Virus record (IMG/VR): IMGVR_UViG_3300022879_000167
Coordinates: 1-40,971 of that record
Length of the DNA stretch: 40,971 bases
Reading direction: 5' to 3' (one strand)
From: a virus
Lineage: Duplodnaviria > Caudoviricetes
In this document: piece after piece, positions 27,028 to 36,292 of the stretch
Layout of the letters: the number at the start of each line of letters is the position of its first letter
Position numbering within the stretch: position 1 is the stretch's first letter
The notes under the pieces: model-generated
Database searches by the model: none
What the model saw: only the letters and a program-made list of their open reading frames with translations
Told to the model about the DNA's origin: nothing
Position numbers and translations under genes: made by a program

Positions 27028-27419
27028 GCGGTTTCGCAGTAAGAAACGATGGTGAGTTCGGCTTTCGCTCTGTGGGCGGCATTGACGAGCTGTTTCCCAA
27101 CGAGGTTTTTTCGAAGGTGGAGCCGCCTGCTTTTTCGTCGCCTCCGCCAAGTTCCGAGGAGCTGGCGGCACAGGCAAGGGGGCAGCGCGATAAGTTGTTG
27201 GGGGTTGCCGCAAACCGCATGGGTCCACTGCAAGATGCTGTAGACATCGGTCGCGCTACAGATGGCGATGTGGTGCAGCTGGCGCTGTGGAAGGGCTACC
27301 GGGTCGACCTCAACCGGATTGAGGAGCAGGAGGGCTTCCCCTCCGAAATCCAGTGGCCTTTATCACCTGATGAACAGCCGGTGCCGGTAGAAACTCCGGC
27401 TGAAACGCCTACCGAATAG
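27024..27419 (+). CDS. Tail fibre assembly chaperone
   Basis: PLQDAVDIG.AT, WKGYRVDLNRI..Q.GFP..I.WP. Confidence 0.85.
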   Translation: MSGFAVRNDGEFGFRSVGGIDELFPNEVFSKVEPPAFSSPPPSSEELAAQARGQRDKLLGVAANRMGPLQDAVDIGRATDGDVVQLALWKGYRVDLNRIEEQEGFPSEIQWPLSPDEQPVPVETPAETPTE

Positions 27420-27448
27420 CGCCCCGCACTGACGGGGCGTTTTCTTTT
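27419..27448 (+). terminator. Intrinsic terminator
   Basis: GCGCCCCG-CACTGA-CGGGGCGT-TTTCTTTT. Confidence 0.75.
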
Positions 27449-27468
27449 CCGATACCTGAGGTTTACCC

Positions 27469-28095
27469 ATGCCGTTGCATATTCTGCGCGCTGCTTTGCA
27501 GTGGGCGTTGTTTCTCCCGTTGCGCGTAATTCTGATCCTGCTGGGCTTTCTGGTTGTGCCCCTGGCGCTGCCCGGACTGGCTTTTGAGGGGCCGCCTGTG
27601 GCGTTCACCCAGGCCCCAGGCGATTGGCGCCTGGCGCGGCTTCCTGCCTGGGCTTGGTTGTGGTCCAACGACCGCGACGGCGCTTTGGGTGATAAGCGCG
27701 GGTGGTGGCACATGAACACGCCTTTCGACCTGGGCGCCTATCACTGGTTCTCGCAATTCTGGTGGCTGGCCATCCGCAACCCGGCGAACAACATGCGCTT
27801 TAACCCCTGGTTCAGTTGTCCGGTAGCTGAGTGCGACTACCGCTATTGGGGCGCCGAGGTGGTCAAGGATCGCCCCGGGCAGGGTGGGCGCCGTTTGATC
27901 CTGGCCACGCACAAGAAAACGGGCCGCCGCTATTACGGTTTCTACGGTGTGTGGCAGTGGTCGGCCGCGCGAGCCCTGGTGATTCAACTGGGCTTCAAGC
28001 CTGAGCCAAGCGACTGGAAAGAAGACTACAGCGCCGATCCAAGCGCGCAGTGGAAGGGCCTCACGTTTGAGGTGAATCCCTGGAAGTCGATTTAA
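27469..28095 (+). CDS. Trp-rich hypothetical protein with N-terminal hydrophobic segment
   Basis: GAGG SD; flanked by terminators; LPAWAWLWSNDRDG, WWLAIRNPANN. Confidence 0.75.
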   Translation: MPLHILRAALQWALFLPLRVILILLGFLVVPLALPGLAFEGPPVAFTQAPGDWRLARLPAWAWLWSNDRDGALGDKRGWWHMNTPFDLGAYHWFSQFWWLAIRNPANNMRFNPWFSCPVAECDYRYWGAEVVKDRPGQGGRRLILATHKKTGRRYYGFYGVWQWSAARALVIQLGFKPEPSDWKEDYSADPSAQWKGLTFEVNPWKSI

Positions 28096-28150
28096 GCCAC
28101 TACAGCGTCCTCCCTGGCGCTGATCGTTACGCGTAACACGAACAACCTAC

Positions 28151-28174
28151 GGCCTCGCTTATGCGGGGCTTTTT
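28151..28174 (+). terminator. Intrinsic terminator
   Basis: GGCCTCGC-TTAT-GCGGGGCT-TTTT. Confidence 0.7.
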
Positions 28175-28195
28175 CGTTTCTGGAGATTGAGCCCT

Positions 28196-29362
28196 ATGAG
28201 TTTCTTTCACGGCGTCACTACTTCGCTGATCGACACCGGCACGCGCACTATTTCGCTCCCGTCGTCCTCGATCATCGGTCTGTGCGACACCTTCACGCCG
28301 GGCGTACTCGGTGGCGGTAACGCCAAGGCGGGGGAGCTGAAGCTGATCACGTCCGAGCGCGAAGCCATTGCCGCGTTCGGCACTGACTCGGCGATCACCC
28401 GGGCTTGCCAGGCAATCTATGTGCGGGCTAAGGCTGTGATTGTCGCCATTGGCGTGCCTAAGCTCGCTGACGCCGCGCTGCAAACGTCCGCCATCATCGG
28501 TGGGGTTCTGGCGGATGGGCAGCGCACGGGCCTTCAGGCGCTGCTGGACGGCAAGAGCCGACACAACGCCCAGCCTAAGTTGCTGATTGCCCCGGGGCAC
28601 TCGGCCACGCAGGCGGTGGCCACCGCCATGGACGCCCTGGCCGGCAAGCTGCGCGCGATTGCCATTGTTGATGGCCCGAATACCACGGACGAGGCCGCCA
28701 TGGCCTACGCGTTGAACTTCGGCAGTAAGCGCATCTATCTGGTGGATCCGGGTGTGCAGTTCTGGAGCACTGTCGACAGCGCGACCGTGAATGCCCCGGC
28801 CTCTGCCTGGGTGGCTGGCCTGTTCGCCTGGACCGATGCCGAGTACGGCTATTGGGCGTCGCCATCGAACAAAGAGTTTGTCGGCATCACCGGTACCACC
28901 CGGCCGGTGGAGTACTTGGACGGCGACGAGACGTGCCGGGCCAACCTGCTCAATAACGCGAACATCACCACGATTATTCGCGATGGCGGTTACCGCCTGT
29001 GGGGCAACCGCACGTGTTCGGCGGATGCCAAGTGGTCGTTTGTCACCCGTGTGCGCACCTGCGACATCCTCATGGATGCGATCCAGGCGGGCCACAAGTG
29101 GGCTGTAGACCGCTCGATCACGAAAACCTATGTGTCTGACGTGACCCAGGGCCTGCAAGCCTTTATGCGCGATCAGAAGAACGCCGGCGCCGTGATCAAT
29201 TTCGAGGTTTACGCGGACACCGAGCGCAACACGTTAAGCCAAATCGAGCAGGGCAAAATCTTCTGGCGCATTCGCTTTACCGACGTGCCGCCGGCAGAAA
29301 ACCCGAATTTCCTGATCGAGGTCACCAACGAGTGGCTGGCCGAAGTACTTGAAGCAGCCTAA
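28196..29362 (+). CDS. Contractile tail sheath (P2 FI-like)
   Basis: FFHGV, TGLQALL, WASPSN, GYRLWGNRT. Confidence 0.93.
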   Translation: MSFFHGVTTSLIDTGTRTISLPSSSIIGLCDTFTPGVLGGGNAKAGELKLITSEREAIAAFGTDSAITRACQAIYVRAKAVIVAIGVPKLADAALQTSAIIGGVLADGQRTGLQALLDGKSRHNAQPKLLIAPGHSATQAVATAMDALAGKLRAIAIVDGPNTTDEAAMAYALNFGSKRIYLVDPGVQFWSTVDSATVNAPASAWVAGLFAWTDAEYGYWASPSNKEFVGITGTTRPVEYLDGDETCRANLLNNANITTIIRDGGYRLWGNRTCSADAKWSFVTRVRTCDILMDAIQAGHKWAVDRSITKTYVSDVTQGLQAFMRDQKNAGAVINFEVYADTERNTLSQIEQGKIFWRIRFTDVPPAENPNFLIEVTNEWLAEVLEAA

Positions 29363-29374
29363 GGGGGCCGAGCA

Positions 29375-29878
29375 ATGATTCCTGAAATGTTGACCAACTG
29401 CGTCATGTTTGCTGATGGCGTGAGCTTTTCCGGTGACGTGCCGTCCATGACGCTGCCCAAGCTGGCGATCAAAACCGAGGAATACCGGGGCGGTGGTATG
29501 AGCGGCCCGGTCGACATGCCTACCGGCTTGGAAAAGCTGGAGGCGGCTTTCACCACCAACGGCGTGCGTAAAGAGGCGCTGAAGTTCTTCGGCCTGGCGG
29601 ATCAGACCGCGTGCAACCTCGTTTTCCGTGGATCGTTCAAGGGCCAGAAAGGCACCGTCAAGTCGGTAACTGTGACCCTGCGCGGCACGCTCAAAGAAGT
29701 CGATATGGGCGATTGGAAGCCAGGCGACAAGGCCGAAATCAAGCACGCCGTGGCCGTCACCTACTACAAGCTCGAAATCGACGGTCGTGTGATGTACGAA
29801 ATCGACTTTGCCAACATGGTGCAGGTGATCAACGGTGTTGATCAGCTGGCCGCTGAACGCTCGGCCCTGGGCCTCTAA
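29375..29878 (+). CDS. Tail tube (P2 FII-like)
   Basis: TLPKL..KTEEYRGGGM, YYKLEIDG, INGVDQLA. Confidence 0.93.
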   Translation: MIPEMLTNCVMFADGVSFSGDVPSMTLPKLAIKTEEYRGGGMSGPVDMPTGLEKLEAAFTTNGVRKEALKFFGLADQTACNLVFRGSFKGQKGTVKSVTVTLRGTLKEVDMGDWKPGDKAEIKHAVAVTYYKLEIDGRVMYEIDFANMVQVINGVDQLAAERSALGL

Positions 29879-29889
29879 GGATTGATGAC

Positions 29890-30201
29890 ATGACCAACGT
29901 ATCTCTCGCTGCACCGCTCCCGTCCTGGCTGGTCCTGAGTGACGAAGGCGTTACCGTAACGCTCAAGCACAAGGCCAATCTCAATGGGGTTGTGACCGAC
30001 AAGTTGATGATGCGCGCGCCCAGCGTAAAGGATGTTATGGCCGCCAAAATCGCCGGCAATGGCGACCATGAAAAGCATGAGTTGAGCTTGTTTTGCAGCC
30101 TGCTCACTGCCACCGAGGCGGAACTTACGGCCCTCAAATACAAGGACTACATGCGCCTTCAGGCGGGCTATTTTCGCCTGGTTGAAGACGACGAGGTGTA
30201 G
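29890..30201 (+). CDS. Tail assembly chaperone (E/gp41-like)
   Basis: MRAPSVKD, LFCSL, DYMRLQAGY; between tube and tape measure. Confidence 0.85.
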   Translation: MTNVSLAAPLPSWLVLSDEGVTVTLKHKANLNGVVTDKLMMRAPSVKDVMAAKIAGNGDHEKHELSLFCSLLTATEAELTALKYKDYMRLQAGYFRLVEDDEV

Positions 30202-30313
30202 CGAGGGCACGCTTAAGGCGCTGGCCAAACGCTTGGCAAAAGAGACGGGTTTCTCGTCTGCCGAGATACTGGCCATGCCCTTTAACGTGATGGTGTGGTG
30301 GCTCACGGATTGA
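30173..30313 (+). CDS. E'-like chaperone extension (..LAKRLAKETGFSSAEILAMPFNVMVWWLTD), probably reached by frameshift
   Basis: GpE'-type F..SEI..M....WW motif in the +1 frame relative to the chaperone; translated by hand. Confidence 0.65.
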   Translation, partial: FAWLKTTRCSEGTLKALAKRLAKETGFSSAEILAMPFNVMVWWLTD

Positions 30314-30349
30314 GCCGCTGTTGATCTTCCCGACGTATAGGGCGCGCAC

Positions 30350-32839
30350 ATGGCAAACAAACTTGCTCTCGGCCTGGTCATTGGCGGGGCTGTCAGCTCG
30401 ACGGTGGGGGCGGCGTTCAAGGACGTCAGCAACAAAATCAAAAAGCTGGAGGAACAAGGTTCCCGGGCGCGGGTGCTGGAAAAGACGATCGGCGAAACCA
30501 TGCGCTTGCGCGATGAATGGCGCAAAGCGTACATGGCAGGCGACAAGGGCGCCGAAGCTCTGCGGCGCAAGCTGGAGAATAATCTGGACGGCCTGCGTAA
30601 GCAGGGTGTGGAAGTGCGCAACCTGACCAAGGCTTACGCGGCCATGGGACTGGCGGCAACTAAGGCCGAGTTTAAAGCCAAGGGCCATATGCAGCTCGAT
30701 GCTGGTAAACAGCAGATGAAAAACAGCATTGGCCAGGCGGCGGCCGCCACGGCAGCAATGGCCATTCCGACGAAGGTGAGCGCGGACTTTGGCGCGATTG
30801 TTCGTGACATTGCGATCAAGGCGAACATTGCCAATAAGCCCGAAGAGGCGCAGATGGCCAAGACCATTATTGGCACGTCGCGTGATACCGGCATGGCCCG
30901 CAATCAGGTGGCCGAGGTGGTCAACGCTTTGGTGGGTGCCGGCATGGAGCTGGATAAAGCCCTGTCGTACGCGCCGGTGGCGGCCAAGTTTGCCGTGGGC
31001 CAGGGTTCGGACGGCGGCGAAACGGCCCGCATGATCAACGCCCTGGGGCAGAACGCCAAAATCTCCGACCCGGCCGTGATGCAAAAGGCGCTGGAGGCCA
31101 TCGCCTATCAGGGCCAGGCGGGCAGCTTTGAAGCGGCCGACATGGCGCGTTGGTTCCCTGAGCTGTTGGCGGGCATGGGCAAGATCGGTATCACCGGCAT
31201 GGATGCGGTGACGCAACTGGGCTCAATGCTTCAGGTGCAAATGAAGACCGCCGGCGGTGCCGACGAAGCGGCCAACAACCTCAAGAACTGGATGGAGAAA
31301 ATCGGTTCTGGCGATACGGTCAAGGCCTACAAGGACGCCGGGATTGATTACCAAGCGTCGATGAATACCGGCTTGCAGAACGGTAAATCGACCCTGGAAT
31401 CCAGCTTTGAGCTGGCACAGAAGTACATTGCGGCAACGGATCCGAAGAAGGCCGCCGCGATGGCCGCCGCTACGGCGAAGATCAGTAAGGAGACTGACCC
31501 CGAGAAAGCCAAGGCCATGATTGCCTCCCTGGAGCAGGCTTTGCGTACCGGGGATCTGTTCGCGGACATGCAGGTTAAGGGCGCTTTGACGGCCTTCATG
31601 CAGAACAAAGAGCTGTACGCGCAGCTCAAGAAAGACTCGGCCAGTGCCACCGGGATCCTTGATAAGAACCTTGAGGAACGCCGGCAGGCGTCAGCGCAAA
31701 AATGGGCGGAAATGGCCCAGGGTATGGACGAGGCCATGCGCGCCATTGGCGATGCATTCCGGCCTGTCACTGACAAAGTGGCGGATGGTTTGGCCTATGT
31801 CACCCAGGGGCTGGCCAAGCTGTCGGACGAGTCGCCCCGGGTGGTGACGGGGATCGGCGCCGCCGTGGCGGCCGTGATCGCATTTCAGACCGCTATGAGC
31901 GGATTCAAGATTGCCAAGGGGTTGCTCAACCTTGGGCGCGGCTCGCTGATGGGTAACCCCAACATCCCGCAAAAAGTCATTGTCACCAACATGCCCGTGG
32001 GCGGACCTGGTGGTATGGGAATGGGCGACCTCGATGACACCGGCGTAAAGGACGGGAAAGGCAAGGGCAAGGGCGGCGGCCGTGGCGGCCGAAGCCCCGG
32101 GCGTGGCATTGGGGCGGGCATGAAGGGGCCGGCAGTATTGGCCGTGATAGAGGCCGGTTTTAGGGTCAAAGACACTTACGACAACGCTGAAACCCAGGAC
32201 GAAAAAGCCGAAGGCTATGGCGCTGCGGCTGGCGGACTTGCTGGCACGCTCGCCGGTGCGGCGGCCGGTGCGGCCATTGGTTCGGCAGTGCCGGTAATCG
32301 GCACCATCGTGGGCGGCCTGATTGGGGGATATCTGGGAAGCTTGGGCGGTGACGCCCTGGGCGGTGCCATCGGCAAGTCAATGTTTGGCTCTGACGAAAG
32401 CAAGAAGGTCATGCCCGTGGCCGGGCCGCTGATGATGAAGGATGCCGGCAAGGACATCCCGCCAGTGCTGGGGGATATTGCCAAGTCTTTTGCCCCGTCT
32501 CGTACGGGGCCGCTGATGTTGGCCAATCCAGGCCAGGGCGCGTTGCCGGCAACGCCAAGCGCCCTTAATCCGGGCGATGTTTCGCGAGCCATGATGATGC
32601 CCCAGGCCGCCGCAGATGCGACGGCTGGACCGCTTGCGGCGGCCGTGGTCGCCAAGGTGCAGCCGGCGAAGATCGAGCCCAAGGTGGACATTCACGCTCC
32701 TATCACGCTGACGGTGCAAGGGGATGTGAAGGATCCGGCCGAGCTTATGGCCCAGCTGCGGCCACTGATGGAGCAGCAGCAACGGGAAATCGCCCAGCAG
32801 CTCGAAAATCGCAAGCTCTACGACGCGCCGCATACCTAA
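30350..32839 (+). CDS. Tape measure protein
   Basis: Long Ala/Gly-rich helical protein, GSFEAADMARWFP, GAAIGS.VPVIGT repeats. Confidence 0.9.
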   Translation: MANKLALGLVIGGAVSSTVGAAFKDVSNKIKKLEEQGSRARVLEKTIGETMRLRDEWRKAYMAGDKGAEALRRKLENNLDGLRKQGVEVRNLTKAYAAMGLAATKAEFKAKGHMQLDAGKQQMKNSIGQAAAATAAMAIPTKVSADFGAIVRDIAIKANIANKPEEAQMAKTIIGTSRDTGMARNQVAEVVNALVGAGMELDKALSYAPVAAKFAVGQGSDGGETARMINALGQNAKISDPAVMQKALEAIAYQGQAGSFEAADMARWFPELLAGMGKIGITGMDAVTQLGSMLQVQMKTAGGADEAANNLKNWMEKIGSGDTVKAYKDAGIDYQASMNTGLQNGKSTLESSFELAQKYIAATDPKKAAAMAAATAKISKETDPEKAKAMIASLEQALRTGDLFADMQVKGALTAFMQNKELYAQLKKDSASATGILDKNLEERRQASAQKWAEMAQGMDEAMRAIGDAFRPVTDKVADGLAYVTQGLAKLSDESPRVVTGIGAAVAAVIAFQTAMSGFKIAKGLLNLGRGSLMGNPNIPQKVIVTNMPVGGPGGMGMGDLDDTGVKDGKGKGKGGGRGGRSPGRGIGAGMKGPAVLAVIEAGFRVKDTYDNAETQDEKAEGYGAAAGGLAGTLAGAAAGAAIGSAVPVIGTIVGGLIGGYLGSLGGDALGGAIGKSMFGSDESKKVMPVAGPLMMKDAGKDIPPVLGDIAKSFAPSRTGPLMLANPGQGALPATPSALNPGDVSRAMMMPQAAADATAGPLAAAVVAKVQPAKIEPKVDIHAPITLTVQGDVKDPAELMAQLRPLMEQQQREIAQQLENRKLYDAPHT

Positions 32840-32848
32840 GGGGGGAAC

Positions 32849-33694
32849 ATGGAATCACTGGCACAGCTACAGTCTGGCCTGAAGTACCTGGCCTCGGCCG
32901 GTGAAGCGGGCCGGCGCAGTATTGATGGGATGATGGGGCCGGTAAACGGTGCGATCAGCGAAATCACCGGCGCGGCCAACGAGCTGGAGGATCTGCCCTT
33001 TATTGGCCCGGCCGTGGGGGCAAAGCTTCAGCGAGTCATGCGTGGGATTGCCACCGCCCAGGCCAAGGTTGGCCAGGTGGTGGCGACTTATAACCGGGCC
33101 ACGCGCGCCCTGTCGCAGATTGACGAGCGCCTGGGCACCTTGAAAGAGCAGGCCGGCCGGGCGGCTACGGCGATCAACAAGATCGCCGGCAAGATTGACC
33201 CGTCACTGGCCAACATCCTACCCACCGGTGCGTTTGCTACGGACGGCACGCCGGCGAAAGAGGCGGTGAAGCCTTTTCCCCATCTGCTGATCATTCAGCC
33301 GCTGGACCCGAAAGCGCAGCCGTATTACTTCAACCTAGATACGGCAGCCTTTGACTCATTGCGCCGCTCGACGGCATACCGCTGGGCCTCACAAGAGCGC
33401 CTGACGCGCCGGTCGGCCCAGCAGGCCGTGGGCATGGGTGACGAGAAAATCACACTTAAGGGTGATATTTTTCCGGGCTATCGGGGCGGCCTGGGACAGC
33501 TAAACACGCTGCGTTCGATAGGCTCCCAGCTCAAGCCGGTAACCCTGACCACGGGCTACGGTGTTGTGCTGGGCACCTGGTGCCTCACGAGCGTTGACGA
33601 AGACCAAAGCGCGCTGATGCAGGGTGGTATCCCTCGCAAGCAGGCTTTTACCTTGGAGTTTGTGCGCTATGGCGACGACATGCAGAACATCTGA
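32849..33694 (+). CDS. P2 gpU-like tail protein with N-terminal extension
   Basis: RWASQERLTR..AQQAVG.G.EKITL.G, LTTGYG.VLG.W, QAFTLEF. Confidence 0.82.
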   Translation: MESLAQLQSGLKYLASAGEAGRRSIDGMMGPVNGAISEITGAANELEDLPFIGPAVGAKLQRVMRGIATAQAKVGQVVATYNRATRALSQIDERLGTLKEQAGRAATAINKIAGKIDPSLANILPTGAFATDGTPAKEAVKPFPHLLIIQPLDPKAQPYYFNLDTAAFDSLRRSTAYRWASQERLTRRSAQQAVGMGDEKITLKGDIFPGYRGGLGQLNTLRSIGSQLKPVTLTTGYGVVLGTWCLTSVDEDQSALMQGGIPRKQAFTLEFVRYGDDMQNI

Positions 33695-33875
33695 CGGGGA
33701 TCTGCTCGATACCATTTGCCATAACTTCTATGGCCATCTGGTGGGCAGTGTTGAGGCCGTGCTGGCGGCCAATCAGGGCCTGGCGGACGAGGATCAGCCT
33801 TACCGCGCTGGCGTGGTGATTGTCTTGCCGGATCTGCCAGGCCCTGTGGATGAGCAAGTGGCCTTGTGGGATTGA
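33669..33875 (+). CDS. Tail protein X (LysM-like)
   Basis: DGDLLDTIC..YG..VEAVLAANQGLA..LPD..LWD. Confidence 0.88.
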   Translation: MATTCRTSDGDLLDTICHNFYGHLVGSVEAVLAANQGLADEDQPYRAGVVIVLPDLPGPVDEQVALWD

Positions 33876-33929
33876 TTCAGTTCTATCGGCTGCGCCCTTG
33901 TTCCGTTACGCGTAACGCCTCCCTTTCCT

Positions 33930-33954
33930 AAAGCCCGCCCAGTGCGGGTTTTTT
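33930..33954 (+). terminator. Intrinsic terminator
   Basis: AAAGCCCGC-CCAGT-GCGGGTTTT-TT. Confidence 0.75.
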
Positions 33955-33969
33955 ATTGGCCAATGCCCT

Positions 33970-35019
33970 ATGACTCCCCAATTTAGAATCGTCGCGAACG
34001 GTTCCGACATTACGTCGCTGATTAACGATCGGCTTTTGCTGCTGCGCACCACGGACAAGCCCGGCATGGAGTCGGACGAGTTTGAGTTGCGCATTGATGA
34101 CCGCGACGGCCTGGTAACGCTGCCCAAGCGCGGCGCCGGGATCGAGGTCTACCTGGGCTATGCCGAAACGTCCCTGGTGCGCCTAGGTCGCTATGTGGTC
34201 GATGAAATCGAGGTTTCCGGGCCGCCGGATACCATCGTTATCCGGGGCAAGGCGAGCGACATGCGCGGTACCGGTAAATCGATCCGCAGCGGCAGTTGGG
34301 AAGACGTGCCACTGTCGAAAATCGTTTCTGACATTGCGGCCCGTAACGGCTGGGCACCGGCCTGCACCATCGCCACGAAGGTCGCCCGGGCTGACCAGCT
34401 CCACGAATCTGACTTTAGCTTTGTCACGCGTTTGGCCAAACAGTACGACTGCACCGCCAAGGTGGGCGACGGCAAGTTGATGGTGATGCAGCGCCAAGCC
34501 GGCCTGAGTGCCAGCGGCAAGGTGATTGGCGCGGTCACCATCACGCGCAGCGACGTAAGCCGTTGGCAGTTCCGCCTGGGCGACCGTAACGCGCACAAGA
34601 CCGTGGCGGCCAAGCATCAGGACAAGAAGACAGGCAAGTTGTCGGTGGTATCCCTGGATAACGACGACGTGCCGGACGGCCTGCCGGCGGTGCACACCGA
34701 CCGGCATATTCACCCGAACAAGACTGCCGCCGAGTCCGCGGCTAAGGCGCGCTTGGCTGCGTTCAACCGTTCGACGGCCGGCGTGCGCCTGGAAATGGAC
34801 GGGCGCACGGATCTATTCGCGGAGCGCTCTATCAATGCCCAGGGCTTCAAGGTGGGGCTTGATGGCGAGTACCTGGTGGATTCTGTGGAGCAGACATTCA
34901 CCCAAGCCGGGTGGTCCACCACCGTCGAGTGCAACGGCGGCAAAAAGGGCAAAGCAAAAGCCAAGGGCAAGAAACCGAAGAAAGAAGCGAAGCCCGTCAA
35001 GGTCGTAAGTCTGGCGTAG
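33970..35019 (+). CDS. Baseplate hub, late control D family
   Basis: TDKPGMESDEFELRIDDRDG, YVVDEIEVSGPPD, DQLHESD.SFVTRLA. Confidence 0.9.
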   Translation: MTPQFRIVANGSDITSLINDRLLLLRTTDKPGMESDEFELRIDDRDGLVTLPKRGAGIEVYLGYAETSLVRLGRYVVDEIEVSGPPDTIVIRGKASDMRGTGKSIRSGSWEDVPLSKIVSDIAARNGWAPACTIATKVARADQLHESDFSFVTRLAKQYDCTAKVGDGKLMVMQRQAGLSASGKVIGAVTITRSDVSRWQFRLGDRNAHKTVAAKHQDKKTGKLSVVSLDNDDVPDGLPAVHTDRHIHPNKTAAESAAKARLAAFNRSTAGVRLEMDGRTDLFAERSINAQGFKVGLDGEYLVDSVEQTFTQAGWSTTVECNGGKKGKAKAKGKKPKKEAKPVKVVSLA

Positions 35020-35073
35020 CGGCTGCGCATCACAACACCCGCCACGTGCGGGCTATTCACGTTAGGAGCTTGT

Positions 35074-35637
35074 ATGCCCATCACCGAGCAGCAGTTGCTG
35101 CAAATCTTCCCGAACGCCCGCTCATTAGCGGGCGTTTTTGTATCCGCCCTAAACGCGGCCATGGCTAATCGAAAGATCGACACACCGAAGCGTCAGGCGG
35201 CATTCCTTGCCCAGGTCGGCCACGAGTCTGGCCAGCTGCGGTACGTGCGTGAACTGGGGAGTGATCAATACCTCAGCAAGTACGACACCGGCACGCTGGC
35301 GGCCAAGCTGGGGAACACGTCTGCAGCCGACGGTGACGGCCAACGCTATCGCGGCCGTGGGCTGATCCAGATCACTGGCCATGACAACTACTTGCGCTGC
35401 AGCCTGGCGCTGTTTGGTGATGAACGTTTGCTGCGCACGCCTGAGCTGCTCGAGCAGCCGCAATGGGCGGCGGAATCGGCAGCTTGGTTTTGGTCGGTGA
35501 ATGGGCTTAACGCACTCGCGGATCAAGAGCAGTTCAACACCATCACCCGGCGGATCAATGGCGGGCTCAACGGCCTGGAGGATCGGTTTCAACTGTGGGC
35601 CAGGGCGAGGGCGGTGTTATGCGTCTCTTCGACCTGA
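35074..35637 (+). CDS. Endolysin, glycoside hydrolase family 19
   Basis: AFLAQVGHESG, YRGRGLIQITG..NY, TRRINGGLNGLEDR. Confidence 0.92.
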   Translation: MPITEQQLLQIFPNARSLAGVFVSALNAAMANRKIDTPKRQAAFLAQVGHESGQLRYVRELGSDQYLSKYDTGTLAAKLGNTSAADGDGQRYRGRGLIQITGHDNYLRCSLALFGDERLLRTPELLEQPQWAAESAAWFWSVNGLNALADQEQFNTITRRINGGLNGLEDRFQLWARARAVLCVSST

Positions 35638-36161
35638 TCCCCACGCAATATCGGATTGCGGCGGTCGGCCTGCTGCTGGTGATGTTGGCCGCCGGATCTG
35701 CTGCCCTGGCCTGGACTGCTCAAGACTGGCGCTACGGCAAGCAGCTGGAGCACCAGGCCCGGCTCCATGCCGACACCCTCGGCGAGTTATCCCAAGCCGC
35801 TGTCGCCCTGCAACGCAAAGAGCAGGACAAGCGCTTTGCCCTTGAGCAGCGCCTGCACAACAACGACGAAACCCACTACAAGGAATTGACCGATGAGCAA
35901 ACGAAGCAAGCTCGTCTGCGTGATCGCCTGGCTACTGCTGATCTCCGGTTGTCAGTCGTACTCGCCGCCACCGATGCCACCAGCAGCTGTGCAGTGCCAA
36001 CCACCACCGCCACCGGCCGCGTGGTTCATGGCCCCACAAGAGCCCAACTTGACCCAGCGCATGCTCAACGAATTATCGGGATCACCGATGCGGGCGACCG
36101 AGGATTGATCGCCCTGCGGGCCTGTCAGGCCTATGCAAAAGTAGTTTCTACACCGAAGTAA
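35619..36161 (+). CDS. Rz: i-spanin
   Basis: N-terminal TM, coiled coil, LRDRLATADLRLSV, ALRACQAY. Confidence 0.85.
   Translation: MRLFDLIPTQYRIAAVGLLLVMLAAGSAALAWTAQDWRYGKQLEHQARLHADTLGELSQAAVALQRKEQDKRFALEQRLHNNDETHYKELTDEQTKQARLRDRLATADLRLSVVLAATDATSSCAVPTTTATGRVVHGPTRAQLDPAHAQRIIGITDAGDRGLIALRACQAYAKVVSTPK
35893..36108 (+). CDS. Rz1: o-spanin lipoprotein embedded in Rz
   Basis: Lipobox LISG-C, Pro-rich, different frame inside Rz. Confidence 0.82.
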   Translation: MSKRSKLVCVIAWLLLISGCQSYSPPPMPPAAVQCQPPPPPAAWFMAPQEPNLTQRMLNELSGSPMRATED

Positions 36162-36276
36162 AAGGAGCGGCCGGGCAGGATGCGTCAACATCCAACCCGG
36201 CCACCTTCCCCGCAGAACGTCCCTGCAAGTCCAGCCAAGGCTCCTGCTTCGTGCACAAAGCGGAGCGAGCCTAGCA

Positions 36277-36292
36277 CTGTTTATCCATACAG
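36277..36292. promoter_or_regulatory. LexA (SOS) box
   Basis: CTGT-TTATCCAT-ACAG. Confidence 0.75.

Noticed and set aside
24604-27419. Diversity-generating retroelement or invertible tail-fibre switch
   Set aside because: No reverse transcriptase, invertase or duplicated template/variable repeat seen
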